Source of the DNA: Candidatus Saccharimonadota bacterium
Lineage (GTDB): Bacteria > Patescibacteriota > Saccharimonadia > Saccharimonadales > Saccharimonadaceae
DNA: 32,000 bases
Direction: 5' to 3'
Assembly (NCBI GenBank): GCA_023898645.1
Contig: CP060232.1
Span: forward strand, 510,001-542,000
Shown here in pieces: positions 8,510 to 18,062 of this stretch. The position numbers and the translations under genes were made by a program. A model generated the notes under the pieces. It was given only the letters and a program-made list of their open reading frames with translations. It made no database searches and was not told the origin of the DNA. Each line of letters starts with the position of its first letter. Position 1 is the first letter of the stretch.

Positions 8510-9422
8510 GTTTATTTTCTCCTCGGTAATAGCCCATAAATAACTCTTCTAAGTCCGGTTCGCTGATAGTGAGCGAGTCGACAGGGTGGGCGGCGAATAT
8601 GCGCAGAAGTCGATTGATATCGCCTGCAAACGTAAAACTGGTCAGGCCGTCAGTGTGTTTTAGGCTTCTCACTCCATCAAGTTGCTTCAATTGTTTACCA
8701 GACAGTTCGTTACGTAAACGGACTTCTACTCGTCGTGGTGTTTTTTCAAGTAGTGTACGCAGCGAGCCGACATGCACGAGTTTACCTTCTCGTATGAAAC
8801 CGACACGATCGCAGGTTTCCTGAACTTCGCTAAGTACATGTGACGACATGAAGGTCGTTTTGCCGCGCTCTTTGTGTTCTTTTATTATGGCATTGAATTC
8901 TGTTTGAATAAGCGGATCAAGACCACTGGTTGGTTCGTCGAGAATTAAGACGTCTGGGTCGTGCATGAGAGCAGCTATGAGGCCAATCTTTTGTCGATTA
9001 CCGCGTGATAGGTGTTTAATCTTAACAGAAAGGTCGGCTTTGAGACGTTTTGCCAGACCGGTGATTGTTTTTTGCTCAACGTTACCATACAGATGAGAAA
9101 CGAAAGATAGGTACTGACGACCAGTCAAAGTAGGGTCGGTTTCCATGTCTCCGGATAAATAACCTATGTGCTTATGGACTCTACGAACGCGTTTTTGATG
9201 ATTAAGGCCAAGGATTTCGATACTTCCGCTGTCTGGACGGAGCGCATCGAGAATAGTGTTAATAGTTGTTGATTTTCCAGCTCCATTTGGGCCCAAAAAA
9301 CCGAAAACTTCGCCCTGGTTTACAGTGAGACTTATGTCTTTAATGCCATGGTCGTCATCATAGAGCTTAGTAAGGTGTGAAATTTTGAGCGCAGGAGTAT
9401 CCGTGCTTTTGATATCGGTCAT
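8502..9422 (-). CDS. ABC transporter ATP-binding protein (ABC-2 exporter type)
   Basis: Walker A GPNGAGKST, signature LSRGNRQKIG, Walker B LILDEPTSGLD, H-loop SSHVL. I prefer the ATG at 9422 (MTDIKS...), which places Walker A at a typical distance. The track start at 9458 is a TTG that abuts the CIRCE element. Confidence 0.9.
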   Translation of the reverse strand: MTDIKSTDTPALKISHLTKLYDDDHGIKDISLTVNQGEVFGFLGPNGAGKSTTINTILDALRPDSGSIEILGLNHQKRVRRVHKHIGYLSGDMETDPTLTGRQYLSFVSHLYGNVEQKTITGLAKRLKADLSVKIKHLSRGNRQKIGLIAALMHDPDVLILDEPTSGLDPLIQTEFNAIIKEHKERGKTTFMSSHVLSEVQETCDRVGFIREGKLVHVGSLRTLLEKTPRRVEVRLRNELSGKQLKQLDGVRSLKHTDGLTSFTFAGDINRLLRIFAAHPVDSLTISEPDLEELFMGYYRGENKHV

Positions 9423-9461
9423 GGTTTGTAGTGTATACCCATTACGAAATTGGGTCAAAAA

Positions 9462-9488
9462 TTAGCACTCCGTTGACGAGAGTGCCAA
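9462..9488. promoter_or_regulatory. CIRCE inverted repeat (HrcA operator)
   Basis: TTAGCACTC-CGTTGACGA-GAGTGCCAA, compared with the consensus TTAGCACTC-N9-GAGTGCTAA. The left arm is perfect, the spacer is exactly 9 nt, and the right arm has one mismatch. Confidence 0.7.
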
Positions 9489-9501
9489 CTATGTTTATAC
9501 T
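9473..9501 (+). promoter_or_regulatory. Sigma-70-type promoter of clpC (TTGACG-17 nt-TATACT), overlapping CIRCE
   Basis: -35 TTGACG at 9473-9478, a 17-nt spacer, and -10 TATACT at 9496-9501. This leaves a leader of about 55 nt with GGAGG at 9548-9552, 10 nt before the ATG at 9563. Confidence 0.55.
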
Positions 9502-9562
9502 GGATATATAGTGCAGTAAAGGTTAAATATACCGCTTGCGCTGTCACGGAGGAAAGATAATA

Positions 9563-12052
9563 ATGAATAATATGCCTGATGAGTTCACAGATTTTATTTC
9601 GCACCTTACCGATAACGCGCGAACAAGTCTGCAACATGCAGATGCAATCGCGAGAGGGTACGGTAGTGCATATATTGGCACAGAGCACCTTCTTCTTGGT
9701 GTTCTGGCGCAGGGGTCGTCGGTTGCGGCGAAGGTGCTTGCTGATTCCGGTGTAACGCTTGATAGAGCGGAAATGGCATTGAATCTTACGCCTCGTACAC
9801 TTGTTGTTAGCACTGGCGCTAAAGGTTTAAGCGAGACGGCCAAGCTTACTCTCAAGATGAGTTGGGATATCGCACAGGAGTTCCATCAAGACTATTTGGG
9901 CACTGAGCACATCCTTTACAGCATACTTAGTCAAAAGAATGCTCGAGCGACCGTATTATTGCGTGACATGAATATCGATGTAACGACAGTTACAAACGAA
10001 CTCGAGGAGTTCTTTGATCGCCAGGCGAACGACTTTCATCAGTCCACTGAAGAGGCTGCCGCACAGGCGACGAAAAAGCGTCGAAGTGGTGCGCTAGAGG
10101 CATTTGGTACCGACCTGACTGTAAAGGCTCGTGCTGGTGAATTAGATCCAGTTATTGGCCGCGACGAGCAGCAGGAGCGCTTAGTCACTATACTGAGCCG
10201 CCGGACAAAGAACAACCCGGTACTTATAGGTGAGCCTGGTGTAGGTAAGACCGCCGTTGTTGAGGGACTGGCGCAGAGAATCGCGCGAGAGGACGTACCC
10301 GACCATCTACTTGATCGACGGGTTGTTCAGCTTGATCTTGCAGCAATGATTGCTGGTACTAAATATCGTGGTGAGTTTGAAGAAAGACTAAAGAAGGTTG
10401 TAGACGAACTTCGCTCGCAAAAGAACGTCATCTTATTTATAGATGAGTTACACCTCATTACAGGTGCGGGTGCTGCGGAAGGCGCTCTGGATGCGGCAAA
10501 TATGCTAAAGCCGGCATTGGCGCGCGGTGAACTGCACATGATTGGCGCAACGACGATGGACGAATTCCGTAAGCACATTGAAAAGGACAGCGCGCTCGAA
10601 CGTCGCTTCCAGCCGATCGTCATCAAAGAGCCGTCACTCAAGGATACCAAAGCGATACTTAAGGGGTTGAAGTCGTACTACGAGAAGCACCACGGCGTCA
10701 CTATTAGCGATGACATTATTGACGATGCGGTTTACATGGCTGATCGCTACGTAAGCGAGCGATATATGCCCGATAAGGCCATTGACGTTATAGACGAAGC
10801 CTCAGCATTAGTTCGCGTACGGCACAGTCGCAAGCCGAGTCGTATCCGAGATTTCACTCGACAACTTAAAAATTTGAATGAAAAAATGGACGAAGCTGTC
10901 ACGGCCGAAGACTATGAACGAGCCGCACTATATAAGACTCGTATAGTTCAACTACAGGCTAAGCTGACAGAGACGAAGGAAAAGGATGAAATGAAGTCCC
11001 CAATCATATTGAAGGGTGACGACATTGCTCATGCTATAGCAACAATGACGGGCATACCAGTAAAGAGGTTAAAGAAGTCTGAGACTAAGCTACTTCGCAA
11101 CCTTGAAAGGTATCTAGCAAAAAGCATCATCGGTCAGGAAGAAGCTGTTAATGCTGTGTCAAAGGCGATTCGTCGCTCGCGCAGTGGAGTAGCAAGCAGT
11201 AAACGACCAATAGGATCGTTTGTGTTCATGGGTCCGACAGGAGTTGGCAAAACAGAATTAGCGCGAGTATTGGCTCGTGAAGTATTTGGTAGCGATGACG
11301 CACTTATAAAAATCGACATGAGTGAATTCGGTGAAAAGCATAACACGAGCCGCTTAGTGGGAGCCCCTGCCGGCTACGTTGGCTATGAGGATGGTGGCAA
11401 GCTGACTGACAAGATTCGTCGACAGCCGTATAGTGTCGTACTGTTTGACGAAATTGAAAAGGCTCACCCTGATGTGTTCCATATGCTCTTGCAGCTACTT
11501 GAAGACGGCAAATTAACAGATGCCAAGGGTCGAGAGGTTGACTTCACGAATTCAATTATCATATTGACGAGCAACCTAGGCGCCGAAAAGATGATGAAAG
11601 AATCGTCACTTGGTTTCCATGCTACAACGAGTAGTGACAACAAAAAGCTAGATGAATTGCACGATGAAAATGCTCAGGCTGCGCTTGAGGCACTACAAAA
11701 ACGAATGCGACCAGAGCTAATCAACCGATTCGATGCAATTGTAACGTTCCGCGCCCTGACGCCAAAAGAGGTTGGAAAGATTTTTGATAATCTGATCGAC
11801 CAATTGCAGGAACGTCTGTCACGAAAGGGTATTAGGCTAGTTGTTAAGCCGACCGCAAAGCGTTATTTGATTCAAAAAGGGTTCGATGAAAAGTATGGAG
11901 CTCGCCCGCTTCGCCGCGCCATTCAAAATGAGTTGGAACATCAGCTCGCAGAGGGTATACTGGATGAGAAATATGAACGCGGCACGGTACTAGCAGCTAC
12001 CGCGCGAGGGGGCAAACTTGCAATCAACGTTACCGCAGAGCAACCAGCATAA
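9563..12052 (+). CDS. clpC: ATP-dependent Clp protease ATP-binding subunit ClpC (class I AAA+ unfoldase)
   Basis: Two Clp_N repeats ([18 protein letters not shown]). NBD1 Walker A GEPGVGKT and Walker [12 protein letters not shown]-like linker ([20 protein letters not shown]). NBD2 Walker A GPTGVGKT and Walker [13 protein letters not shown] prefer the start at 9563 (MNNMPDEF) because of the SD; the track start is 9536. Confidence 0.93.
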   Translation: MNNMPDEFTDFISHLTDNARTSLQHADAIARGYGSAYIGTEHLLLGVLAQGSSVAAKVLADSGVTLDRAEMALNLTPRTLVVSTGAKGLSETAKLTLKMSWDIAQEFHQDYLGTEHILYSILSQKNARATVLLRDMNIDVTTVTNELEEFFDRQANDFHQSTEEAAAQATKKRRSGALEAFGTDLTVKARAGELDPVIGRDEQQERLVTILSRRTKNNPVLIGEPGVGKTAVVEGLAQRIAREDVPDHLLDRRVVQLDLAAMIAGTKYRGEFEERLKKVVDELRSQKNVILFIDELHLITGAGAAEGALDAANMLKPALARGELHMIGATTMDEFRKHIEKDSALERRFQPIVIKEPSLKDTKAILKGLKSYYEKHHGVTISDDIIDDAVYMADRYVSERYMPDKAIDVIDEASALVRVRHSRKPSRIRDFTRQLKNLNEKMDEAVTAEDYERAALYKTRIVQLQAKLTETKEKDEMKSPIILKGDDIAHAIATMTGIPVKRLKKSETKLLRNLERYLAKSIIGQEEAVNAVSKAIRRSRSGVASSKRPIGSFVFMGPTGVGKTELARVLAREVFGSDDALIKIDMSEFGEKHNTSRLVGAPAGYVGYEDGGKLTDKIRRQPYSVVLFDEIEKAHPDVFHMLLQLLEDGKLTDAKGREVDFTNSIIILTSNLGAEKMMKESSLGFHATTSSDNKKLDELHDENAQAALEALQKRMRPELINRFDAIVTFRALTPKEVGKIFDNLIDQLQERLSRKGIRLVVKPTAKRYLIQKGFDEKYGARPLRRAIQNELEHQLAEGILDEKYERGTVLAATARGGKLAINVTAEQPA

Positions 12053-13028
12053 ACACAAAGGACTAGGTAGTCTAATAGTTCTAGGTATCACAATCACGTT
12101 GAGCGCGTGCTTGTGGTTGAATCGTCAGCTTGTGGCAGATGCCGTAAGTTACTTTAGCTATCATCCTACGGTCGCAATTGAGCAAATAGCGTCACGGGAT
12201 AAATTAACGGACTTAGGAAAGTTCTATTTCTATGCTGACAATCCGGGCGTAGAGGCCAGTGCTACGTTTAGCAAGGCATGCGACAACAAGGAAAGTGGAA
12301 CTGCTATTTTAGGATGCTACGTCAACAACCGTATTTACGTATATGACGTTACAGATAATCGTCTGGACGGTATTGAGGAAGTTACGGCGGCGCACGAGTT
12401 ACTCCATGCGGTATACCAACGCATGTCGGACAGCGACAAGGCAACGGTAAACGCTCTGGTTGAAGCTGAGTATGTAAAACTTCAAAAAGACCCGACTTTT
12501 GCAGAGCGAATGGCATACTATGCAAGAACTGAGCCTGGTGAACGCGACAACGAGCTTCATTCAATTATCGGTACTGAAGTCGCGTCAATCAGCCCGGAGC
12601 TAGAGGCTCATTATAAGCAGTACTTCGCTAATAGGGCGCAAATAGTCGCATTTCACGACGCTTATAACGGTGCTTTTGTAAAACTTGCCGATCAAGCAAA
12701 AAGTATGTCTAAGCAGATGGATAAGCTCAATACCCAAATTACTGCGATGTCAAAGCAGTATGATGCGGACGTCAAAAATCTTAATGCGGATATAGCCGAC
12801 TTTAATCAGCGTGCGAAAAACGGTGGCTTTTCATCGCAGTCTCAGTTTAACTCCGAACGACAAGCGCTCGTGAGCAGGGCTTCGTCGATAGCTGCTGAGC
12901 ATACAGACATCAATAATATGGTTGATAAATTCAATACGCTGCGCAGCCAGTACAATGATATTGTGACACAATCAAATGATCTTTATAAGAGTATCGACAG
13001 TACTTTAGCTCCAGCCCCCAAGGTGTAG
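12018..13028 (+). CDS. Membrane-anchored hypothetical protein with an HExxH motif and a C-terminal coiled coil (putative zinc metallopeptidase-like)
   Basis: 336 aa. TTG start preceded by GAGGGGG 5 nt upstream, and it overlaps the clpC 3' end by 35 nt. One N-terminal TM helix (LGSLIVLGITITLSACLWL). HExxH in TAAHELLHAVYQRM. The last ~110 aa are heptad-like and rich in Q/N/K/D. Confidence 0.6.
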   Translation: MQSTLPQSNQHKHKGLGSLIVLGITITLSACLWLNRQLVADAVSYFSYHPTVAIEQIASRDKLTDLGKFYFYADNPGVEASATFSKACDNKESGTAILGCYVNNRIYVYDVTDNRLDGIEEVTAAHELLHAVYQRMSDSDKATVNALVEAEYVKLQKDPTFAERMAYYARTEPGERDNELHSIIGTEVASISPELEAHYKQYFANRAQIVAFHDAYNGAFVKLADQAKSMSKQMDKLNTQITAMSKQYDADVKNLNADIADFNQRAKNGGFSSQSQFNSERQALVSRASSIAAEHTDINNMVDKFNTLRSQYNDIVTQSNDLYKSIDSTLAPAPKV

Positions 13029-13052
13029 ACTACCAAGGTATAATAGGAGCAT

Positions 13053-14402
13053 ATGGTAAAAATAAAGTCCCAGTTCGTTTGTCAGAGTTGCGGAGCTAGC
13101 TATCCGAAATGGACAGGACGTTGCGATAATTGCGGAGAATGGAATACGCTTGTCGAACAGCTACCTGTTTCGTCTGGTAATTCTGCAATTGCAAAGAGTC
13201 GTGGAATCCCTCTTACAAGTAAATCTATAGACTCTATAGACAAGGGGAGTAACATAAAACGACTCAGTACGGGTATAGGCGACCTAGACGTCGTGCTGGG
13301 CGGCGGTGTGTTGCCCGGAGGAGTTATCTTGCTTGCAGGACAGCCGGGGATGGGAAAAAGTACGTTACTCCTTCAGGTCTCTGCTACGATTGCTAAAAAT
13401 ACCCCTGTGCTATATGTTAGCGGCGAAGAGTCTGCTTCACAGGTGAAAATTAGGGCGGAGCGACTAGGAGCTGCCGGAAATGAGCAATTAAGTTTCGCGG
13501 CAAGTACGTCCGCAGATGACATAGCTGCCAGTATCCGTACAGGTAATTACAGACTCGTCGTTGTCGATTCTATCCAGACACTAACACTTGGAGAGCTAAC
13601 GTCTGCGCCAGGTACGGTCAGTCAGATCACAAACAGCAGTAACGTAATCATTCAGGCGGCAAAGGCAGCGGATGTTGCGGTTGTGCTGGTGGGTCATGTC
13701 ACCAAAGAAGGCTCAATTGCAGGTCCGAAAGTATTGGAGCATCTGGTAGACGTCGTATTGCAATTTGAAGGAGACCGTTACGGTGGGTTTAAGGTTGTCC
13801 GTGCAATAAAAAATAGGTACGGCTCGACGAATGAAGCGGCGATTTTTGAAATGGATGATAGCGGCCTGTCTGTCGTTGAAAATCCGTCGGCGGCTCTTCT
13901 AGCTGAGCGCCAAAACGCTGATGGATCAGTCGTATTAGCGACACTTGAAGGCACGAGGCCACTTTTAGTAGAAATCCAAGCACTTGTCAATCCAACTAGT
14001 TTCGGGTATCCTAAACGTACAGCCAGTGGATTTGATTTAAACCGACTCAATCTGTTGATTGCCGTTTTAGAGCGGCGTACGAAATTGAATTTATCCGACA
14101 AAGATATCTACATCAACGTTGTTGGCGGGTTGAAACTGGCTGATCCTGCGGCTGACTTGGCCGTGTGTATGGCGATTGCTAGCGCTGCGGCGGGCCGCAA
14201 GTTAGACGATAGCACCGTAGTGTTTGGTGAAGTAGGACTTGGAGGGGAAATACGCTCTGTCACAGCTGTAGACAGACGAATCGCCGAAGCAAAAAAGCTT
14301 GGCTTTACAGGAGCAATTGCTCCAGCCAGCGGAAAAAAGAATACATTTGTCACTGGTGCGAAAGATTTACGCCAAGCGTTGATCAATTACCTGCAGAAAT
14401 AA
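13053..14402 (+). CDS. radA: DNA repair protein RadA/Sms
   Basis: N-terminal zinc finger CQSCGASYPKWTGRCDNCGEWNT, Walker A GQPGMGKST, KNRYG motif (AIKNRYGSTNE), and a Lon-like C-terminal domain. Confidence 0.95.
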   Translation: MVKIKSQFVCQSCGASYPKWTGRCDNCGEWNTLVEQLPVSSGNSAIAKSRGIPLTSKSIDSIDKGSNIKRLSTGIGDLDVVLGGGVLPGGVILLAGQPGMGKSTLLLQVSATIAKNTPVLYVSGEESASQVKIRAERLGAAGNEQLSFAASTSADDIAASIRTGNYRLVVVDSIQTLTLGELTSAPGTVSQITNSSNVIIQAAKAADVAVVLVGHVTKEGSIAGPKVLEHLVDVVLQFEGDRYGGFKVVRAIKNRYGSTNEAAIFEMDDSGLSVVENPSAALLAERQNADGSVVLATLEGTRPLLVEIQALVNPTSFGYPKRTASGFDLNRLNLLIAVLERRTKLNLSDKDIYINVVGGLKLADPAADLAVCMAIASAAAGRKLDDSTVVFGEVGLGGEIRSVTAVDRRIAEAKKLGFTGAIAPASGKKNTFVTGAKDLRQALINYLQK

Positions 14403-14426
14403 CCTTAGTAAAGGATAAAATTAATT

Positions 14427-15302
14427 ATGAATAATGATATAGAACAACTAATGATTGTTGGTGCGCTTTTAGTATTGCTGTCTGAAGTGACATACCTCGT
14501 TGCAAAATTACCAAGGCAGGCGGGTGGTAAGAAACGTATGATGTTTGTCGATACGTCAGTTCTGATCGACGGCCGCATCGTACCCGTTATCGCCTCTGGG
14601 TTTGTTAGCGACACTATCGCCATACCACGCAGTGTTATCGGAGAATTACAGTTCTTGGCGGACAACGCAGATCCTGAAAAGCGATCACGCGCACGCCATG
14701 GACTCGATATAGTGCGTGAACTTCAACAAATTGAAGGTGTAGACGTACAGATATTTCAAGATGGCAGTAAAGCCGAGGAAGGTGTGGACGAGCGCTTATT
14801 GAACCTTGCCAAAAAACACGGCGGAACTGTATGTACGATTGACTACAATTTAAACAAAGTCGCTGCCGTAGAAGGCATCGTTGTCTGCAACATAAATGAA
14901 TTGGCCAAGAATCTCAGGATGGCGTATTTGCCGGGCGAGAAAATGAGACTAGAACTTGTACAAAAGGGTCAAGACAGCCATCAGGGCGTCGGATACCTTC
15001 CTGACGGCACGATGGTGGTCGTTGAGCATGCTTCTGGGCAAATTGGTCAGATCGTTGAAGTAGAATTTATTCGTAGCCTTCAGACGGCTGCAGGTAAGAT
15101 GATGTTTGCGAAAAAGGTTGAAACTGCTACGAAGAGTAGTACGCCATCTCAGCCAAAGCAACTTGCGAAACCGAAGCCGCAAAAGGCATCAGGTACGAAG
15201 CCGGCCGCGCAGCCTTCTCGACAGCGCAATGATCGCCGTCAGCAACGACGACCAAAGAATCACGAAGATAGCCTCATCGAACTTGTCGAAAAACAACAGT
15301 AA
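14427..15302 (+). CDS. PIN/TRAM domain protein (YacL-like), membrane-anchored
   Basis: N-terminal TM helix, PIN domain (MMFVDTSVLIDGRI ... DERLLNLAKKHGGTVCTIDYNL) and TRAM domain (GEKMRLELVQKGQDSHQGVGYLPDGTMVVVE). K/P/Q-rich disordered tail. It sits downstream of radA, as yacL does in Bacillus. Confidence 0.8.
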   Translation: MNNDIEQLMIVGALLVLLSEVTYLVAKLPRQAGGKKRMMFVDTSVLIDGRIVPVIASGFVSDTIAIPRSVIGELQFLADNADPEKRSRARHGLDIVRELQQIEGVDVQIFQDGSKAEEGVDERLLNLAKKHGGTVCTIDYNLNKVAAVEGIVVCNINELAKNLRMAYLPGEKMRLELVQKGQDSHQGVGYLPDGTMVVVEHASGQIGQIVEVEFIRSLQTAAGKMMFAKKVETATKSSTPSQPKQLAKPKPQKASGTKPAAQPSRQRNDRRQQRRPKNHEDSLIELVEKQQ

Positions 15303-15305
15303 GCT

Positions 15306-18035
15306 TTACGGGATGACTGGGGTGTAAGGGCTACTCTTTGTATCTGAGTAGTACAAATCGTCTGTGACAGAAGCTGAAATTGTAAATGGATCAGTGCTGT
15401 CGGACGTATAAGAAGCTTCGTAGCTACCTGCGGCGCTAATGGTTTGCGAGTTAATTTTCTTCCCGTTTACAGATATCGTCAGTCCGTTTGGTTTGCCCTT
15501 ACCGGCAGCAACAGTAACAGAGATTGTATATACGTTGCCCGAAGGAGAAACGTCAATTGCAGTGATAGACGGCTTAGCGTCGTCACATTTGTGGGCGTCA
15601 TCGTTTTCGGAGGCGTCGAAGCCACTTGGAGACAAGTACACAACCTTTTTTGTGGTTGGGTCAATCGTTTTCAATACGTCTTGCTCAATCTTAGCTGCGG
15701 CTGGAGTACAGTCAGTTGCTAGCTTTTGAGAAACTTTGTCGAATGTCAATTTTGTGTAGCGTTGGGCGTTCTTTTGGTTATACCAAGACGGATAAAGTTC
15801 TTTGCCAATTTGCTGAATACCTTTAGGTTTGCTGTACCACTCTCCGGGCTTCCATTTGCCTTCTTTTGCGTATACTACCTCGTGGGCATATGCCATGACT
15901 TCATTGATAATCGCGCCCGGCAGGGATGAGTTGCCGTTTAAGAGCGGTTTAGGGTCGTTGTTTCCTAGCCAAACGCCCATTGTAAGTGCCGGGCTATAGC
16001 TCATCATCCAGATATCCTTTGACTTACCATCGACGTCAGAAGTTCCGGTCTTAGTTGCTGTTTTTACTTTGCCGTTGTCTACTACAATTCCGGGGAAGTT
16101 TGTGCCATACAGTCCGGCGCGGGCATGGTCGTCACTAAGCATATCGGCAACTATGTAAGCTACCTGAGGGTCAATGACTCGCTTTGATTGATCGTCGCTC
16201 CACTTTTTTAATACATCGCCATCACTGTTTTTTACCTCTAGGATTGTTGACCACGGCTTATATACGCCACCTCTTGCTAGTGTAGAGAATGCATTGACAT
16301 GGTCAATTTGTTTAGTGCCACAGCCACCAATGGCAGCCGCTAATCCAACTTGTTTTTCGGCGCCTTGCGTACAATAGGGAGTATCGCCGGCGGCGTGAAT
16401 CAAATCGAGGGTTTGTTTGACACCCGTCAGCTGCATAGCCTTGATTGCGGGTATATTTCGAGATAAGGCAAGACTGTTACGGATAGGGATATTACCTAGA
16501 AAGCGATTGTCGGCATCGTGCGGAGTATAGTTGACCGGAAATGTGGTGCGAGTGTCGGATAGAACGGTCCCGCTACCATATATATTTAGTAGGTCGTTAT
16601 CGTGCTTTGCAAAGAGTGCTGAGTAGACGAGGGGTTTAATAGTCGAACCGGGTTGTATATACGAAGTTGCGGCATTCGTTTGGCCAAAGCCTGGATAATT
16701 GTAGTCACGGCTTCCCATCATAGCAATTATCTGTCCGGTCTTTGAATCTTCTACAGTGGCTGCACCGTTATTGAAACCAGCGTACGTCGGTAAGTTCACG
16801 CCGTATCGTGGACTGATTCCGTTAAACATTTCCTTAAAGCTATGCTCAAGCTTAGCTTGCACCTTCAAGTCCAAAGTTGTAGTGACAACCAGCCCTCCTT
16901 GACCTACTGTCGCCTTACCTAGTTCGGCCTCAAGCTCCGAGCGTACCATCTGTACGAAATGAGGAGCTTTAATATCGGCAAATTGAGAAGCTTGCGGCAA
17001 TATGGTATCAAGAATCGGCTCTGCTTTTGCCTTTGCTGCTTGATCTTTAGTTATGTAACCTTGCGAGACCATTTCATCAAGGACTTTATGCTGACGTTCG
17101 ATGAGAGGCTTTTGGCCGGCTGGGTTGTAAGGGTCGTATAAACCAGGTTCGTTCGGGATGGCTGCAAGTAGGGCTGATTGTGCGAGATTTAAGTTTTTCG
17201 CGTCTATGCCAAAGTATGTCTTTGCAGCAGATTCAACGCCATTTCGGCGTCCTCCATAGGGAGACTCGTTGAGGTAAAGATTAAGGATCTGATCCTTGTT
17301 GTACATACGCTCTACTTCAATTGATAGAATTATCTCTTTGATTTTACGCGGAACACCAGCGAGTCCTCGCTGCTGAGCTTCGCTCGCGAAGAATACCTGC
17401 TTAACGAGTTGCTGAGTTAACGTAGACCCACCCTGCGTACTACCACCCGTGTAGTTGTTGATCATAGCTCGCGTTATACCGGTGAAGCTGACTCCTCCGT
17501 GTTTGTAGAAGTCTTTGTCTTCGATCGCGACAGTAGCTTCTTTCATGAGCGTACTAATCTCGTTACCAGCGACAACAAGTTTATAGTTTCCGTCGCCTTT
17601 ATCTTCCCAGAGTAACTTTCCGTTACGGTCGAGATACTTTGTGACGGTTGTATGGACTCGCTTAGAAAGTTCTTCGGGCCTTATGGAGTCTAGGTCTTTG
17701 CGAAAATATGCAAATAATCCGCCGACTAAAATAGCTACTAGCAGTACCCCAGTACCCATGATTTTGAGAATCATTTTGCCGCCCTTGCGGCTGAACCAGT
17801 AACCTGCAACTCGTTTTGGATGCATGCGTGCAAAGAATCGCTTTATAGGATGTTTCGGTAGGGTAGCTAAATACTCCGCTTTTTTGCGGTGAATAGCATC
17901 TTTTTTAGTCTTTCGTGCACGACTTAAATTAGCGTACACATTCAGCTTGCGGGTACCACGCTTTTTGGCCACCTTTAATCCCCATTTCTCATAAGCAGTA
18001 TTACGTTCCATTATAACACCAATCACGAAACGCAA
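15306..18035 (-). CDS. Class A penicillin-binding protein (PBP1A-type transglycosylase/transpeptidase) with an extra C-terminal beta-rich domain
   Basis: GT51 motifs EDKDFYKHGG, GGSTLTQQL, RKIKE. Transpeptidase motifs STIKP (SxxK), SRN (SxN), KTGTS (KTG). Basic cytoplasmic tail plus one TM helix. The start is ambiguous: TTG at 18035 (track) or ATG at 18011. Confidence 0.92.
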   Translation of the reverse strand: MRFVIGVIMERNTAYEKWGLKVAKKRGTRKLNVYANLSRARKTKKDAIHRKKAEYLATLPKHPIKRFFARMHPKRVAGYWFSRKGGKMILKIMGTGVLLVAILVGGLFAYFRKDLDSIRPEELSKRVHTTVTKYLDRNGKLLWEDKGDGNYKLVVAGNEISTLMKEATVAIEDKDFYKHGGVSFTGITRAMINNYTGGSTQGGSTLTQQLVKQVFFASEAQQRGLAGVPRKIKEIILSIEVERMYNKDQILNLYLNESPYGGRRNGVESAAKTYFGIDAKNLNLAQSALLAAIPNEPGLYDPYNPAGQKPLIERQHKVLDEMVSQGYITKDQAAKAKAEPILDTILPQASQFADIKAPHFVQMVRSELEAELGKATVGQGGLVVTTTLDLKVQAKLEHSFKEMFNGISPRYGVNLPTYAGFNNGAATVEDSKTGQIIAMMGSRDYNYPGFGQTNAATSYIQPGSTIKPLVYSALFAKHDNDLLNIYGSGTVLSDTRTTFPVNYTPHDADNRFLGNIPIRNSLALSRNIPAIKAMQLTGVKQTLDLIHAAGDTPYCTQGAEKQVGLAAAIGGCGTKQIDHVNAFSTLARGGVYKPWSTILEVKNSDGDVLKKWSDDQSKRVIDPQVAYIVADMLSDDHARAGLYGTNFPGIVVDNGKVKTATKTGTSDVDGKSKDIWMMSYSPALTMGVWLGNNDPKPLLNGNSSLPGAIINEVMAYAHEVVYAKEGKWKPGEWYSKPKGIQQIGKELYPSWYNQKNAQRYTKLTFDKVSQKLATDCTPAAAKIEQDVLKTIDPTTKKVVYLSPSGFDASENDDAHKCDDAKPSITAIDVSPSGNVYTISVTVAAGKGKPNGLTISVNGKKINSQTISAAGSYEASYTSDSTDPFTISASVTDDLYYSDTKSSPYTPVIP

Positions 18036-18047
18036 TGCATAAATTTT

Positions 18048-18056
18048 TGCTACAAT
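18048..18056 (+). promoter_or_regulatory. Extended -10 promoter (TGCTACAAT) of tyrS, implying a leaderless mRNA
   Basis: TGcTACAAT is followed by 6 nt (ATAAAC) and then the ATG at 18063. There is no SD. The whole divergent intergenic region is 27 bp. Confidence 0.5.
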
Positions 18057-18062
18057 ATAAAC

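Noticed and set aside
9453-9459. CtsR operator upstream of clpC (GGTCAAA heptad)
   Set aside because: Only one heptad is present. The required second direct repeat three nt downstream is instead the CIRCE left arm (TTAGCACTC). A single half-site is not a CtsR box.
9455-9688. 77-aa minus-strand ORF spanning the clpC promoter and leader
   Set aside because: It overlaps the CIRCE/promoter region and the clpC 5' end in antisense. There is no SD and the composition is implausible.
18011-18019. TGTTATAAT on the minus strand as a promoter for the PBP gene
   Set aside because: The hexamer overlaps the candidate ATG at 18011 itself, so it cannot drive a transcript that includes that start. It may be fortuitous or may drive an N-terminally shorter isoform. 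This cannot be resolved from sequence.
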